Source: Camelus ferus
Lineage: Eukaryota
DNA length: 64,000 nt
NCBI RefSeq assembly: GCF_009834535.1
Contig: NC_045696.1
Span: forward strand, 51,586,001-51,650,000
Direction of reading: 5' to 3'
The translations under genes were made by a program, and so were the position numbers. The notes beneath the pieces were generated by a model that worked only from the letters and a program-made list of their open reading frames with translations, was not told where the DNA came from and ran no database searches. Of the stretch, positions 29,541-40,859 are shown one piece after another; position 1 is the stretch's first letter; every line of letters starts with the position of its first letter.

Positions 29541-31821
29541 GAACACCACACACGGGTGGAATGTTTCTGAAGTTAAAGATACTAAACAAGTCAAGGGCAC
29601 TATTTTTAAATGCCCCAAATCTGTTAGTTCTAAATAGAAACTGAATATTTTACCTTAAAGAAATTAGGGTTTTAAATTAATCTATGGTAAGAATGACATT
29701 TGAAAGTAGAAAAAAAAAAATCCTCTTGAATGCAAGAAGAGCATCCAAAAATTTTAACAGCTTAAAATAAACCTCTTTCCTGTCTTCTCTCAAGCAATCT
29801 CCAAATGGACAGATTTCTGTGAATCTTTCCTCAAAACAATTTTCTTCTAAGTGTAGGCTCAAATCAGGACAAACTACAAGCCAAACATATTTGGAGAAAA
29901 GTATAATCAATTTAAACAACAGGTTGGAGCAGAGAAGGCTTACACATCTTAATGGCAAAATCAGATTGACTTTCTGAACAGCTGGAGATTACGTTTCTCC
30001 TCCCTTTTTGTTCTCCTTCCAACTGCATTCGTACTTTACTGAGCTCAGATCCACCAGCCTCCTAGGGGTCACCAAGGGGCTGTGGCTCGTGCACGTTCCA
30101 CGCTCATGCCAAGGCCTGGCCAGAGGATGCTTATGGTAAAGTGTAATCAGCAAAGCCCAGTGCCTTTTTTTCTGTTAAGCAAAACATTCATTTTGCTGTA
30201 ACGGGATTTCTGGGCTAAGGCCATTCTATGTAATCTGCCCCATAAGCTGTGGCAGAAAGCCAGGCGTCGGAGGTCTGCACGCAGGAGCTCCAGGCCCTTC
30301 TCTGCAGGAACAGGCTACCTTCCTGGTAGGTAGGGACAGTGCGCACATGTCTACGGGCACCGTGCCACGCTATTTTCCAATTCTTCCTGTAATTACTATT
30401 AGGCTGGAGACTGCTAGGCAAGAAGGCCAAGGATGTTACTATTTTGACGGGCCACAGAACACAGTCCCTGCCTCTGACCCCCAAGTTTCTCTATAGAAGC
30501 AGCAGCTTTGTACAAATTGCACGAGCGGCAGAGATTTGGATCTTGTTAATTTCTCGTTTGTTCTCTAGTGACAGCCAGAGTGTGGTCTCAGCTCAGCCCC
30601 TGAACAGCACCAGCCTCCTTCACCCCAACCCCAACCCCAAGGTCATGTCCCCTTATCTAGAGACTATTACAATGAAGAGAGTAGGGAATGGAATGTCCCA
30701 GCCTCATTCACCTCTCGCCCTTTTTGCAGAGTTTAACGTTTGCTTCATCAGAAAAACCACAATAGGAGATTTAGAATCTCATTTCCTAATTAATAATTTT
30801 TGCTTTGAGGACAGGGCAAATGGAGTACCTTTTTGAAAATAAAACTTGTTTGGTCTTATCTTTCTCAGTCTAAAGAAGAATACAGCAGCTCTTTGCCTGA
30901 CATCCGTTATGGAGACCAGTTCAGAGTGGCTGTCGGGTATCTCAAGACTAAAAGGAATATTCCTTTGGATTGGACTCCAAAGTTACTCCATTCCTTTCCA
31001 TTGTCAACACGTGTGTTTCTTTCTCTCTGAAGTACTGAGTTATGTTTCGGAAAGAGAAAATACCTCCTAAACGTGATTTATCAACCCTCTTAAAATAGAA
31101 TTTGAAGAAGTGACTCTCAGATTAGTGGGAAGACAGTAAAAATAAACAGCGATGGAGGGATTTCAATAGCGACAATCTCATTAAGCTGCCCATTTCCAAA
31201 TTTAGCCTGTAGGCAGTTTTTTTAATTAAAAAATATTTTTAACCTGAGTTCGTACTGGCTACGTGAAGTCTGGGTGGCTTCTGAATTCTTGGAAGCCATT
31301 CTCTTTTCTTCTGTAAATTTTGCTATCCTTTAACCACTTCAAAATAAATTAAAAACTGGGAAGACAGAAATTCAGCCAAGCTACAATAACTAAGGCAAAG
31401 CTGACTGGGGTTATGTAATCTCAAAAATGGACATTTCCTTGGGTCTAACTGGCCTTTTGAGGTCCGTATTTGGTTGTTCAATTTCGTCATGGTGGAAGTG
31501 CCATTATTCAGATTGTGGGGACAAAAGAATAATTAGAAAGCAGCAAATGGACTCGTGTTGTTGAGTTAATGTTATGAAAGAGAAAGTGGTTCATGTAGTT
31601 TATCAGCCTTTTGAGGCCACAGGGCTGGTTACCTGGTTTTAAAACACACCCGAGCTTTGAAAATATAGATGTTGGCTGACTCAAAATGGTGGCAAGTTAC
31701 TTTTGGCTACTTTAGAAGACCAAATGGAAACAGCTTGCTCTGAATGCAAAAAAGCCCGAACCCAGCGGAGAAGCCAGCTCCAAGCCCCGCAAAGACACCA
31801 TCACCTTAGTGGTGTACTCAC

Positions 31822-32009
31822 AATCAGATGACCCGGTGTGAGCGTGAGAGTTTGTCAGTGAATGTGTTGAGTGGATGAGGGCTGGGTCGGGAGACAGAAC
31901 AGCTTCAAAGTTCAGGCAGGGAAGGCCCGGCTTGGCGCTGGATCCACCCGGCTGAGTAATCTCATTCTCCTCAGATGCCTTCTGGTTTTCAGCTGTCTTG
32001 GGTTTCTTC
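31822..32009 (-). CDS. ZBTB20: ZBTB20 coding exon, 188 nt (N-terminal extension of the long isoform, residues 4-67)
   Basis: Encodes (R)[62 protein letters not shown](C). The acceptor is tttattttcAG (32011-32010) and the donor is GATT|GTGAGT (32821-style consensus GTGAGT, GT at 31821-31820). T+GT across the intron gives Cys, in frame with the 1605-nt exon. Confidence 0.97.
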
Positions 32010-32380
32010 CTGAAAATAAACAAAGGGCCCTTTGAAGGAACTGACTGCATATTTGGGAAAAGGCATTTTTAGAATCTGTTAAAGATAACTTGATTTTTTT
32101 TTCTGGGGGGGATGGGAGAGAGTCCAGTATGTCCCTTGTTTTAAAACAAGCTGATTCTTGTTTTTTTCCCTCCAGTAATGGCCTAACTGGGAACACATGA
32201 AAGCATATGGGCCGAGCAAACAGCACCACATTTGGACTCTGTTGGCTGCATAAAAAGACCCTGTCCCAGAACTTTAGACAGCTTGAGCTACGTATGGTTG
32301 ACATTATCCAAGAAAGCATCCTTTTTCTCCCCCCTTAAGAGTTTTAACATGGTCTGGAAAAATACTAGTGGAGGTTTTAC

Positions 32381-32391
32381 CGTTCTAGCAT
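32381..32391 (-). CDS. ZBTB20: ZBTB20 long-isoform start: ATG CTA GAA CG (M-L-E-R), 11 coding nt
   Basis: ATG at 32391-32389 with an in-frame TGA two codons upstream. The donor is CG|GTAAAA (32380-32379). CG+G from the next exon gives Arg, producing [13 protein letters not shown], the known long-isoform N-terminus. Confidence 0.93.
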
Positions 32392-32544
32392 TTGTCAGGA
32401 CGCTTAGAGACAGGACCCGTGGAGTAATGGGAGGAGCACTGGACTGGGAGTCACGAGACTTGAGCTATGGTACTAGCTGTGCCTCTAACTTGCTGTGTGG
32501 CCTTGGGCACCTCACTTCACCTCTCTGGGCTTCAGCTTCCTCAT
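32381..32544 (-). other. ZBTB20: Full start-codon exon of ZBTB20 (164 nt: 153 nt 5'UTR plus 11 coding nt), largely MIR-derived
   Basis: The strong acceptor upstream of the ATG is ccctttattttacAG (32546-32545), which lies in the antisense MIR core. The 5' boundary is inferred from splice consensus. Confidence 0.8.
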
Positions 32545-32610
32545 CTGTAAAATAAAGGGCTTGGATTAGAAGGCCTTAACGGTTCCTTCCACTTTAAAGT
32601 TTCTATTCAG
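32410..32610 (+). mobile_element. MIR SINE overlapping the ZBTB20 start-codon exon (antisense to the gene)
   Basis: gagcactggactgggagtca..gacttgag..gcctctaacttgctgtgtggccttgggc..cacttcacctctctgggcttcagcttcctcatctgtaaaat..ttggattaga..ggttccttcca. Confidence 0.88.
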
Positions 32611-33679
32611 TGGAACACATTATGGAACAGTCAACTTTCTTGCTTGCTGTTATTAGATTTTCTTTTAGATCAACACAATTTGAAATCACAATCTAAACTT
32701 GCAAGCTATGCAGATGAGAGGGATGGTGATGAAAGGATTTTGTAAAGCAGCAAATGAAAAGTGAAAAGAAGAGCTTAGATTCCAGTAGGTAAAGAAGGAA
32801 GGTATCACAGGCAGATCCTCTAGGCCAACTCTTTGCTCATCCAAAGTCTAAGACTCCCTTTGGTTTTTGCTTTAGTGTACGATCCTAGAGTAAGGACTGA
32901 GATTGTATGTTTGGGATTGTGTGTTTGGGAAGAGATAGGTGAAGGGAATTAGAAAGTAATTGTTGCTAATTGTTATTTGGGACCAAGAATAGGAAGTGGA
33001 AGAGCTCAGCCATCAGTCAGCTCCTCTCCTTAGGACCATGCAACTGATACAGGCAAATAGATACTCTGCTTATGCTGCATGCACCCTAGGTCCTAGTCAA
33101 ACTGGATTATTTATCATCCCCTGAACATCCCCCCAGTTTCCTTGACTCTGTGCCTTTTCTATCATCCTGTGTATGGTAAGCAGAGGAAGTATTTTCTGTT
33201 TTGGTAAAAGATTACGTGTGGTACAGAATGTGTTGTAAGTAGGTCTGTTTCCATGTTTCCCTTGCTTCTCTAAGCATGGCAATGGACTTGTTATACAGAA
33301 TATTTTGTATTGAAATTTGTTGCACTGGGTAGTTAAATCTGCCCTCGCAGAATATGGTGTTATGATTAGCATGCTGTGTTTCTGGTCCAACAGGTTGTGA
33401 AATCAAATCTGCTTTTCCAGAGGGCAGGAGGCAGAGATGGCATGGGAAAGATGAAAATAGAGGGAGAGCTTTCAGACGTATTTTTCAGGATGGAGGAAGC
33501 CAATATAAAAGCAACAATACAAAAGCAACAAAATGCAGTCTTTTACTCTTTGTTGAATGGGTGACTATGGAATTAACCCCCAATTCTTGAGCATCTACAT
33601 GGACCTCCAAGGAGCTCGTTTCTGGTGTTCAGTGTAAGGAAGTATCCAAGATCAAAGCTTCCAGAGCCCAACTCCTTTT

Positions 33680-34635
33680 TTTCCATGAAAACCAATGCCT
33701 CCTCTATGGTTCCTATTTCTATCACTGCTGTCTGTCACCAGCTTGCAAACCTCAGGGTCATACACTTTCCTCTGCCTTCAAGCCAGTTTGTCAAGTCGTG
33801 ACAAATGTGCTTCCTTCATGTTTTGCACATCTCTCTTTCCTTTCCGTTCCACTGCTATCACCTTAACACTTTTTATTTAGGCTGTTGTTTACTTTCTGAC
33901 TCTCCATCCTCCTTGACTTCTCTAGTCCCACAGCTTTGCATTCACTAAATCTGAGAGGACCATGTTAGAATTCCATATCTGCTCTGCTTAGCTCACATGC
34001 CCTGCATATTGGCCACACTGGACTCTCAAATATCTCAAATATTCTCGGAACATGCTGGAGAATCTACATCCTTGGCTCTACATCTTCGCTCAAGTTATTT
34101 TCCTTTCTTTGAATGACTTTTCAAAAACCTCTAACAGTTGAAATCATACTTATCCTTTATACTTACTAAATGTTGCCCCATCTTAAATAACTGTCTTGAT
34201 TCCTCCGACCAGATAGGACTTCTCCTGTTCTCTCTCCCTCTAACCTTTCTCCTCCCTCTAACCTTTCCTTGAAATCTCCAAACACGTTTCACTTCTCTTA
34301 TTTTACTCATTAAATTTTGTTTCAATAATGGTTATGTCCCTCATCCATCCTATGAGACTGTAAACTCTCTGAGGGTAAGAAAACGTCATAGTTATTTTCG
34401 AATTCCCTGTGTTCATCCATTCATTACCTCTTCCTTCTCTCCCACTATTCACTTATTCATGTATTAATTTCACAAATACGTATCTTGCCTCTGATGTGCC
34501 GGCGTGGGCTAGGAGGTAAAACAAGCCTGGTTTCTGCCCTCCCAGATTTGCTGTCTAGCGTATACTGTTAAGCAGAGTAGCTTAGACACAGCTGTCATTC
34601 AATATAGATTTGTTGATAGAATGAAATTGAGTTGA
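33680..34635 (+). mobile_element. LINE-2 degraded segment, with an opposite-orientation L2 3' piece at about 34410-34560
   Basis: caaacctcagggtca..ccactgctatcacctta..gagactgtaaactctctgaggg..cattcaata..ttgttgatagaatgaa. Nested piece: ttcatccattcatt..acaaata..gtgccggc..aaaacaag..tctgccctc. Confidence 0.6.
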
Positions 34636-35684
34636 AATTAAAGTATATTTTGAGAATAGTTATAGTCTGAATCCCAATTAAGTTTCCTCCTCTTTATGCA
34701 GCAGTGAAATCTGCCTTGACTGCCTGCTTTTCCTTTGAATCTATGAAGGGCATCTGATGAGAATAGGACCATTTTGCTCATTAAAGTGAGGCTGGTCCTC
34801 ATGAGTCATTTAAATATCGAGATGAAACACTAATAGCAGATATCATTTGACAGAAAAAAAGTATTTCTGATGCTCATAGACAAGGCCTAGGCTACTTTCA
34901 GATGTGTGCTTCGGGAAATTAAAGAAGCCCTCTTTCAAACACGAGTACCTGGCCAACCAACCAACACTGCTCTTTTGTTTTTAACTTTGCAAAAGTTGGA
35001 TTGCTCTTTATATCAATGGCTTTACTTCCTTCCCTAGATCTGCCCTGCTTCCTACCTGACATTGCGCACCGTACCCTCTTGTTTGTTGTCTCGAGGATCA
35101 CCTCTGGAGAACATTCATAGCCCAGAGCCACTGAAACCACCTCTACAAGTAGAAAATGTTGAAAACTCAACCTTTTGGCTCACCCCTTCATTTTCCTAAT
35201 ACCACTTCACTTGTCCTTTTACCCCTGGGCTGTTTCCCAACTGCACAGATAACAGAGAGGCACTCGTTGCCTTAGAAACAATTCATTTTCCATCTCACTC
35301 TCTCTGATAGTTCTTCTGGACTCCTTTTTCCAGAGCTGAGAAACACTAAAACACAGCACCGTCTCCGTCTAGACATGCACAGGGGCTGCTATTTTGACCC
35401 TGTTTTAGTTCCTATTTTACTAAGGAGGAAAAAGCAAGTCCTGTTGTAATTAACTGAAAATACTTCTTTGGTTGTGTGAAAAGAAATGCATAAATATGGC
35501 ACGTCAGGAGGGCAGGTCTCTCCAAGCTGTTGCGGTGGTGCATTATTCCCTGGGGCCTTTAGAGGGCAGCAGTGCACCAGCTGACTCCTAGCAGCAAGTC
35601 AGGCAAACTCCCCACCAGACCAGAACCTTCCTCCTGGTCACCATGCCAAAGGTTGGTCTGCCAAGCTCTGGCCGCTCAGCCTTT

Positions 35685-35781
35685 CTTTCTTTTCAGTTCC
35701 TCTCTCTCCCTCTCCCTCTCTCTCGCTCTCTGTCTCTCTCAATTTCTCTCTCTCTCACCCTCCCTCCTCCCTCCCTCCCTC
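35685..35781 (+). repeat. CT-rich polypyrimidine/polypurine tract
   Basis: tctctctccctctccctctctctcgctctctgtctctctc...tccctcctccctccctccct. Confidence 0.85.
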
Positions 35782-35851
35782 AATGTTAAAATTATACACT
35801 CTGATGAAGTCGCCCCTCAACCGGAAAATGAAAGCTCCAATGAAAAACTTA

Positions 35852-36010
<159 letters not shown>

Positions 36011-36914
36011 TCATTGTGCACTTCCTCCTGCCAGGCTGGTGGGGCTCTGCATTCAAAAAAAGAAAAAAAAAAATGTGGCCGCAGGCACCTGCCTTTCAAC
36101 GGTCAGTTCTGACATTCTGACTATCTCCCAATTGTCCAGAGAGAACAAAAACATTTTCATCTCCCCACTGCAAACATTTCTGTTATGATAAAAAGGCCGC
36201 CTCTAGATCTGGGAAGGCATTTTGAGGTGACTGGCGGCTGAGTTAGCCAGCAGGACCCACTAGTTTTTAACTCTCCTTGTGCTGGCCCTGGCAACAAGTT
36301 TTGGGCTGAAATGTAGCAGTGAGTAAGGTTGTGGAGGATGTTGGCTCTTTCCTTACTAGACCATATTGTAGGTGGAAAGAAATACTACATGAAAACATAC
36401 TGAGGAGATGGTAGTATTAAGGTTGTTAAATGCATGGGAATGAACTAGATTGGTAGCACTTGATGTATAGATTTCACACTTCTTTGCACATAAGGCACAC
36501 ATTCAGTGATGGCAATGCTTTCTGCAACATATGGAAAATAAATATTTTATCTGTGTGAGCTCTCATCAGTCTCCAGGGGCTGCTGAGAAAGAGAGCATTC
36601 TCTTCTGTCTCCCTCTCCCAATTTTCTCTCTTTGCTGAGCTCCCACCCTCTCCGGCACATTAACATGCCTACCACTTATCAGCCTGGTTGGATGGAAAAG
36701 AATTAGTCAAAACCTCCTTTTGATAAATACTCATTGGATTGTGATAATTTTGATCCATGACCCTCCCCACCCCTCACCCCTGCCCTGATCTTTTTGGTGT
36801 GGTAACCATTTCCTTACTCTCCTTCCCAATAATACATGAAGGAGGCTTAGTAGAGTGTTTAGGGAGTGGGGCAAAGGGGAGGTGGTAACAGACCATCTCA
36901 GTGGGGGCTGATAG

Positions 36915-37110
36915 TAGAACTGAGCTCCACCACTCAGTAGCTGTGTGCCCTGGGCAGATTCCTCTGCTCCTCTCGACCTCAGTTTCCTCATCTGTACAAT
37001 GGAAATAACAATACTACCCTTCTAGGGCTGATGTGAGGGTTAAATGAGATAATTCATGTCACATGATGAGCACAGGGCTGGCACACGGTCAGCGTCCCAT
37101 GGTGGTAGCT
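36915..37110 (+). mobile_element. MIR SINE, well preserved
   Basis: gctccaccactcagtagctgtgtgccctgggca..cctcagtttcctcatctgtacaatggaaataacaatactaccct..gtgagggttaaatgagataat..ggctggcacacggt. Confidence 0.88.
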
Positions 37111-37617
37111 CTTTCAGAGAGAGCATCAGTTCTGTGGTTTTCATCATTTCAGATAGAAGGTGGCACTTCCTTTACTTTACTAATCTTTTTAAATATTGAG
37201 ATTTGGGTAGGGGCAAATGGATTGTAACTGCAGCAAAGGCAGAAAGAAGGCTAGGATACACAATCTGTTCTCCAACACTTTGATTTCATGGTATCACCCT
37301 CCTGACACCTCTTTTCTGTTCACGTGTTTGTTGTCGCTGCTGCCGCACCATTAGCTCCTCTTGAAGTTGAGGGTCAAGTAAGCTACACTTGGCCTGTGAA
37401 GCCCATCAAACCTAAGCACTATGGTCTATTCATTGACGTCAACACTCGGCACTCTAGCTTATCACGTCTTCTTACAATCTGTCCTTTCACCTCTTGGTCT
37501 AATGTTCTTAGATCAATTTAAGATGTTTTCATGATAAAAATATTTTATTCTCTCAATTTTTTGAACCTTCTTGGCAAGGTTGATTTATAATGTTTTTCAG
37601 TATATTTTCTCTCTCAC

Positions 37618-37865
37618 TGTATCAGTCAAGATCTGGGCAAGAAATAGATGGCACACTCAGAGGTTTGAACCAAAGAGAGTTTAATGACAGGGCTCTGTGC
37701 TGAGGTACAGCTGAGGTTAGGGGACCCTCAAGGGATGGAGCAGCACGAGGGACTAGCAATAGTGGGAAGTCGTTAATCTCAGCTTTAACCTGTTAAACTG
37801 AAGGAGTGAGGGGAGGTGTGGGGTTCCCTGAGTGCAGTCAGATTGGAGTTGGGAAGGGGGCTGGA
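37618..37865. mobile_element. MLT1-type (ERVL-MaLR) LTR fragment
   Basis: tgtatcagtcaagatctgggcaagaaatagatggcacactca..gagagtttaatgacaggg..aggttagggg..aagggatgg..gggactagcaatagtgggaag resembles old MLT1 LTR termini. Confidence 0.65.
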
Positions 37866-38027
37866 CTAATAAATCCCTGACCCTCTCTCGCAGCTGTCCC
37901 AGCTCTTGCTGATGTCTCCTTTCGGGCTAAATTCAAACCAGAGGAGAAGACAGCCTGGTTGTAACGGAGTCTGGAGAAGTCGGCCCCCAGGGCCACGTAT
38001 CAGGGCAGAGAATGGTTCTGGGGTTCC

Positions 38028-38073
38028 GTGTGTGTGTGTGCACGCGTGTGTGCGCGCACGCATGCGTGTGCGT
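38028..38073. repeat. Mixed (TG)/(CG)/(CA) alternating purine-pyrimidine tract
   Basis: cgtgtgtgtgtgtgcacgcgtgtgtgcgcgcacgcatgcgtgtgcgt. Confidence 0.85.
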
Positions 38074-38239
38074 CAGATGGATCAGCACACCTATCCTTTT
38101 CCCCCTCTCCATTTCTTTCACCCCTTTCCTCCCAATTATACTTTCTGGAAGGAAAGACATAGCACAAACAATAAAATTAGTTCTTTCTCAGCGTCCATGT
38201 ACCTATTCTGTCTATTTGCAATTTATGGGGGAAGGAAAC

Positions 38240-38362
38240 TGAACATAGGCTCTGTGAGAGCAGAGATTCTGGCTTGTTTTGTGGGTGCCACACTCTAAGT
38301 CCCTAGAACAGTGCCTGGCACATAGAAAGTGCCCAGAAAATTTTAGTTGACTGAGTAAATAC
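38240..38362 (+). mobile_element. LINE-2 3' end
   Basis: taggctctgtgagagcagaga..ccctagaacagtgcctggcacatagaaagtgcccagaaaatt..gttgactgagtaaat. Confidence 0.8.
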
Positions 38363-40323
38363 ACTTATGTCTGCTGCGCCAGACGCTATTTGTATGTTAT
38401 CTCACGTAGTTATCCCAGCAATCCAGGTGAGCAGGCGGGTTGCTGAGCACAGCTGTGCACATGGTGTGGGAGTGGGTAGATTTAAAAAATCTAACACTCA
38501 CCTCTTCCCTATCCACCCGCAAGCCTTGAGCCCTGGCCCAGGGTTTTGTGAACCCATAGGGAGGGATACATTTGTAATTAGTCCACATTTTTACCCCATA
38601 TTCACCTTATTGGGTTTTGCACCACAGAGTCAGTCTCTGTAAGTTTTATGATTATTTTTCTTTTACATATGAGGAGGCTGCGTTTCCGAAAAGCAGAGAC
38701 TGCAAGGACTGGAACCCAATTTGTCCATCCTCTAGGACCTGCGAAACATGAACGCAGGCACCAGCGTTCCGCACAGGTGAAATTTGTCCAATGGCACAAA
38801 TGGAGGCTCACTTGTGGGCTTCCTGGATGTTTTTAGGAAAACTTGGGCCCTGATTTCTGGGCCTGGTTCTGGGTTCTCTGTGGTACAGGAAGGTAGGAGT
38901 GGCAAAGACTCTCTTCCCTCCCAAAGGATAACCAGGCTGAAACTCTGAAACCAGCCTGCAACCCGGGTGCCTGTGACACTTGCACCAGCATAGTTACCCT
39001 GCAATGAAGAAAAACTCAGACAACGGTCCAGATGTGGGGATATCTAAGGCATTCTCCCCCTTGAACTTCAGGGTGGATAAAGGTGTTTACACAAGCAAGT
39101 TCCTTGCATGGGTATGGAATGAGGAAACTCTATTTTGACCTTTTGTCATGTCTTTAGTCCCTAATCCCTCAAACACATTAGAACTGCAGATTAGTTTCAT
39201 GGTTCCCATCTCCATTCTGGCCAGACAGGCCTGCCTTCACATCCGCTACCACCAATTACAATTCATGGGACAGACAGCATTAAAGGTAAAAAGCAATTCA
39301 AAACAAAACAACACAATACCCTGACTTTGTCCCTTTGGGTTTGATTTATGCCAGAATAGCTAAAGACATAGAAAATATGAATGTGAAAATGCTTCCTGAG
39401 GCCTAAGAGGGATGTTAGTCTCCTAGGGTTTAGCATTTTCCAGGAACAGAGATGTCTGTCTGTCAAACGCCATCCCATTACCTGCCTCATACCAGGTAGG
39501 AAAACGTGTAGCTACAACAACTAGAACGAGTTTTTGTGTTAAAATGTATAATTATTTTGCATGCATAGCCTCTAAATAATTGAAATTTCTGGCTTTTCTA
39601 GTAAAAAAAAAAGTACATATTCATCTGTTACTTTCAGCAATGATTAGTGAATAGTTGATGTCAATCTTTCACCAGTATCTTCCTGTAGGCATCCTATCTC
39701 CTACCCCAACTTATTCCTGCAACTTAACTTGCAGGGGTTGTACTTCTGCGTAAATGTCTGACACAGAGAGGACTAAACCAAGTAGTCAGAGCCATGCATC
39801 CAGAGGGCAGAGCTGACCTGGATACAGTTGCTCCTTGAGCAGCAAGGAGACCAGAGCACGGGGCACAAAGATGCAGCCACAGCACAGGTGGACACGGGCG
39901 TGGAAAGCTGGCTCACGGATGTGACCAGGGTGGTGTGAAATGACAAACTGCAGCAAGATTCAACAGAGTGGCTCAGAAGGGCGAGGAGAAGCAAACAGAT
40001 AGGGCTGGAGCTGCCACCGCTTCAGGCAGAGGCCCAGATGACCAAGCGGAACAGCAACAGTCCCTGTAAGGTGCATTCAGATGCAGCTCAGCCCAGCCAC
40101 CTGGCGGGGTGGGTGTGATGCCGCCCAGGGTGAGCACCACAGGCTGGAAGCCGAGAAACAGTGCGGGCGCCTCGGGACTGAGTCTGGTTACCTCGCTGCA
40201 TCCAAGAGACAAAGCCATCTAAAACTTCACCTGCCCTTGCAATTGTGTGTGTGTGTGCGCATGTGTTTTTAAATTAAACAAAGTGAACTAAGAAGCCTTT
40301 CATTGGAGGCAGAACGTACTCAC

Positions 40324-40424
40324 AGTAGTTTTCAAAGAAATGGTGTCACTCTTCAGGTAAATCACTCCAGGGCTTGGGCCTAGTGCAGGTGCTCATTGGG
40401 GCAGGGAACAGAGAGCGGCTGCAT
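40324..40424 (-). other. ZBTB20: ZBTB20 5'UTR exon, 101 nt
   Basis: Long pyrimidine tract and acceptor gtcttatttctgtttgtctcttgtctgatccAG (40426-40425), and donor ACT|GTGAGT (40323-40318). The body ATGCAGCCGCTCTCTG...GAAGAGTGACACCATT resembles the ZBTB20 mRNA leader as I recall it. Confidence 0.82.
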
Positions 40425-40859
40425 CTGGATCAGACAAGAGACAAACAGAAATAAGACTGTGAAGGCTGTTAAAATGAACAGATGATGGTGATCATTCATT
40501 CTGATAGAGCCGGAACTGCCTGGCTGGGTTGAGGGTCTGGTACTGTACCTTTGCACCAGAGATTGGCAAGTCAGGGGAGGGAGCGTGGAGATGGTGTGGT
40601 CTGGCCCCATTTTCAGTGTTTCAACCTGACTGCCTGTCTGGTCTGAGGTCAACAGCACCTGCTGGTGCATGTGGGGCTGGCTGTGTGTCCTGAGCTGGAA
40701 GCCGAGGTGTAGGGTGAGGGTGGGGGAAGTGAGGGTGGGGTCCCTCCGCCTTCCCCAGCAGACTCCGGTTCCAGCGTTCTCCATCCCACTGCAGTCTCTC
40801 TCTCTGGGTTGCTCCATTCTTACGCATCTTAAAAATGCCCACTGACCTGCCCATGTTTC

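Noticed and set aside
35365..35376. ATG TCT AGA CGG on the minus strand, superficially like the MLER start
   Set aside because: It encodes MSRR with no in-phase donor. The real start is at 32391.
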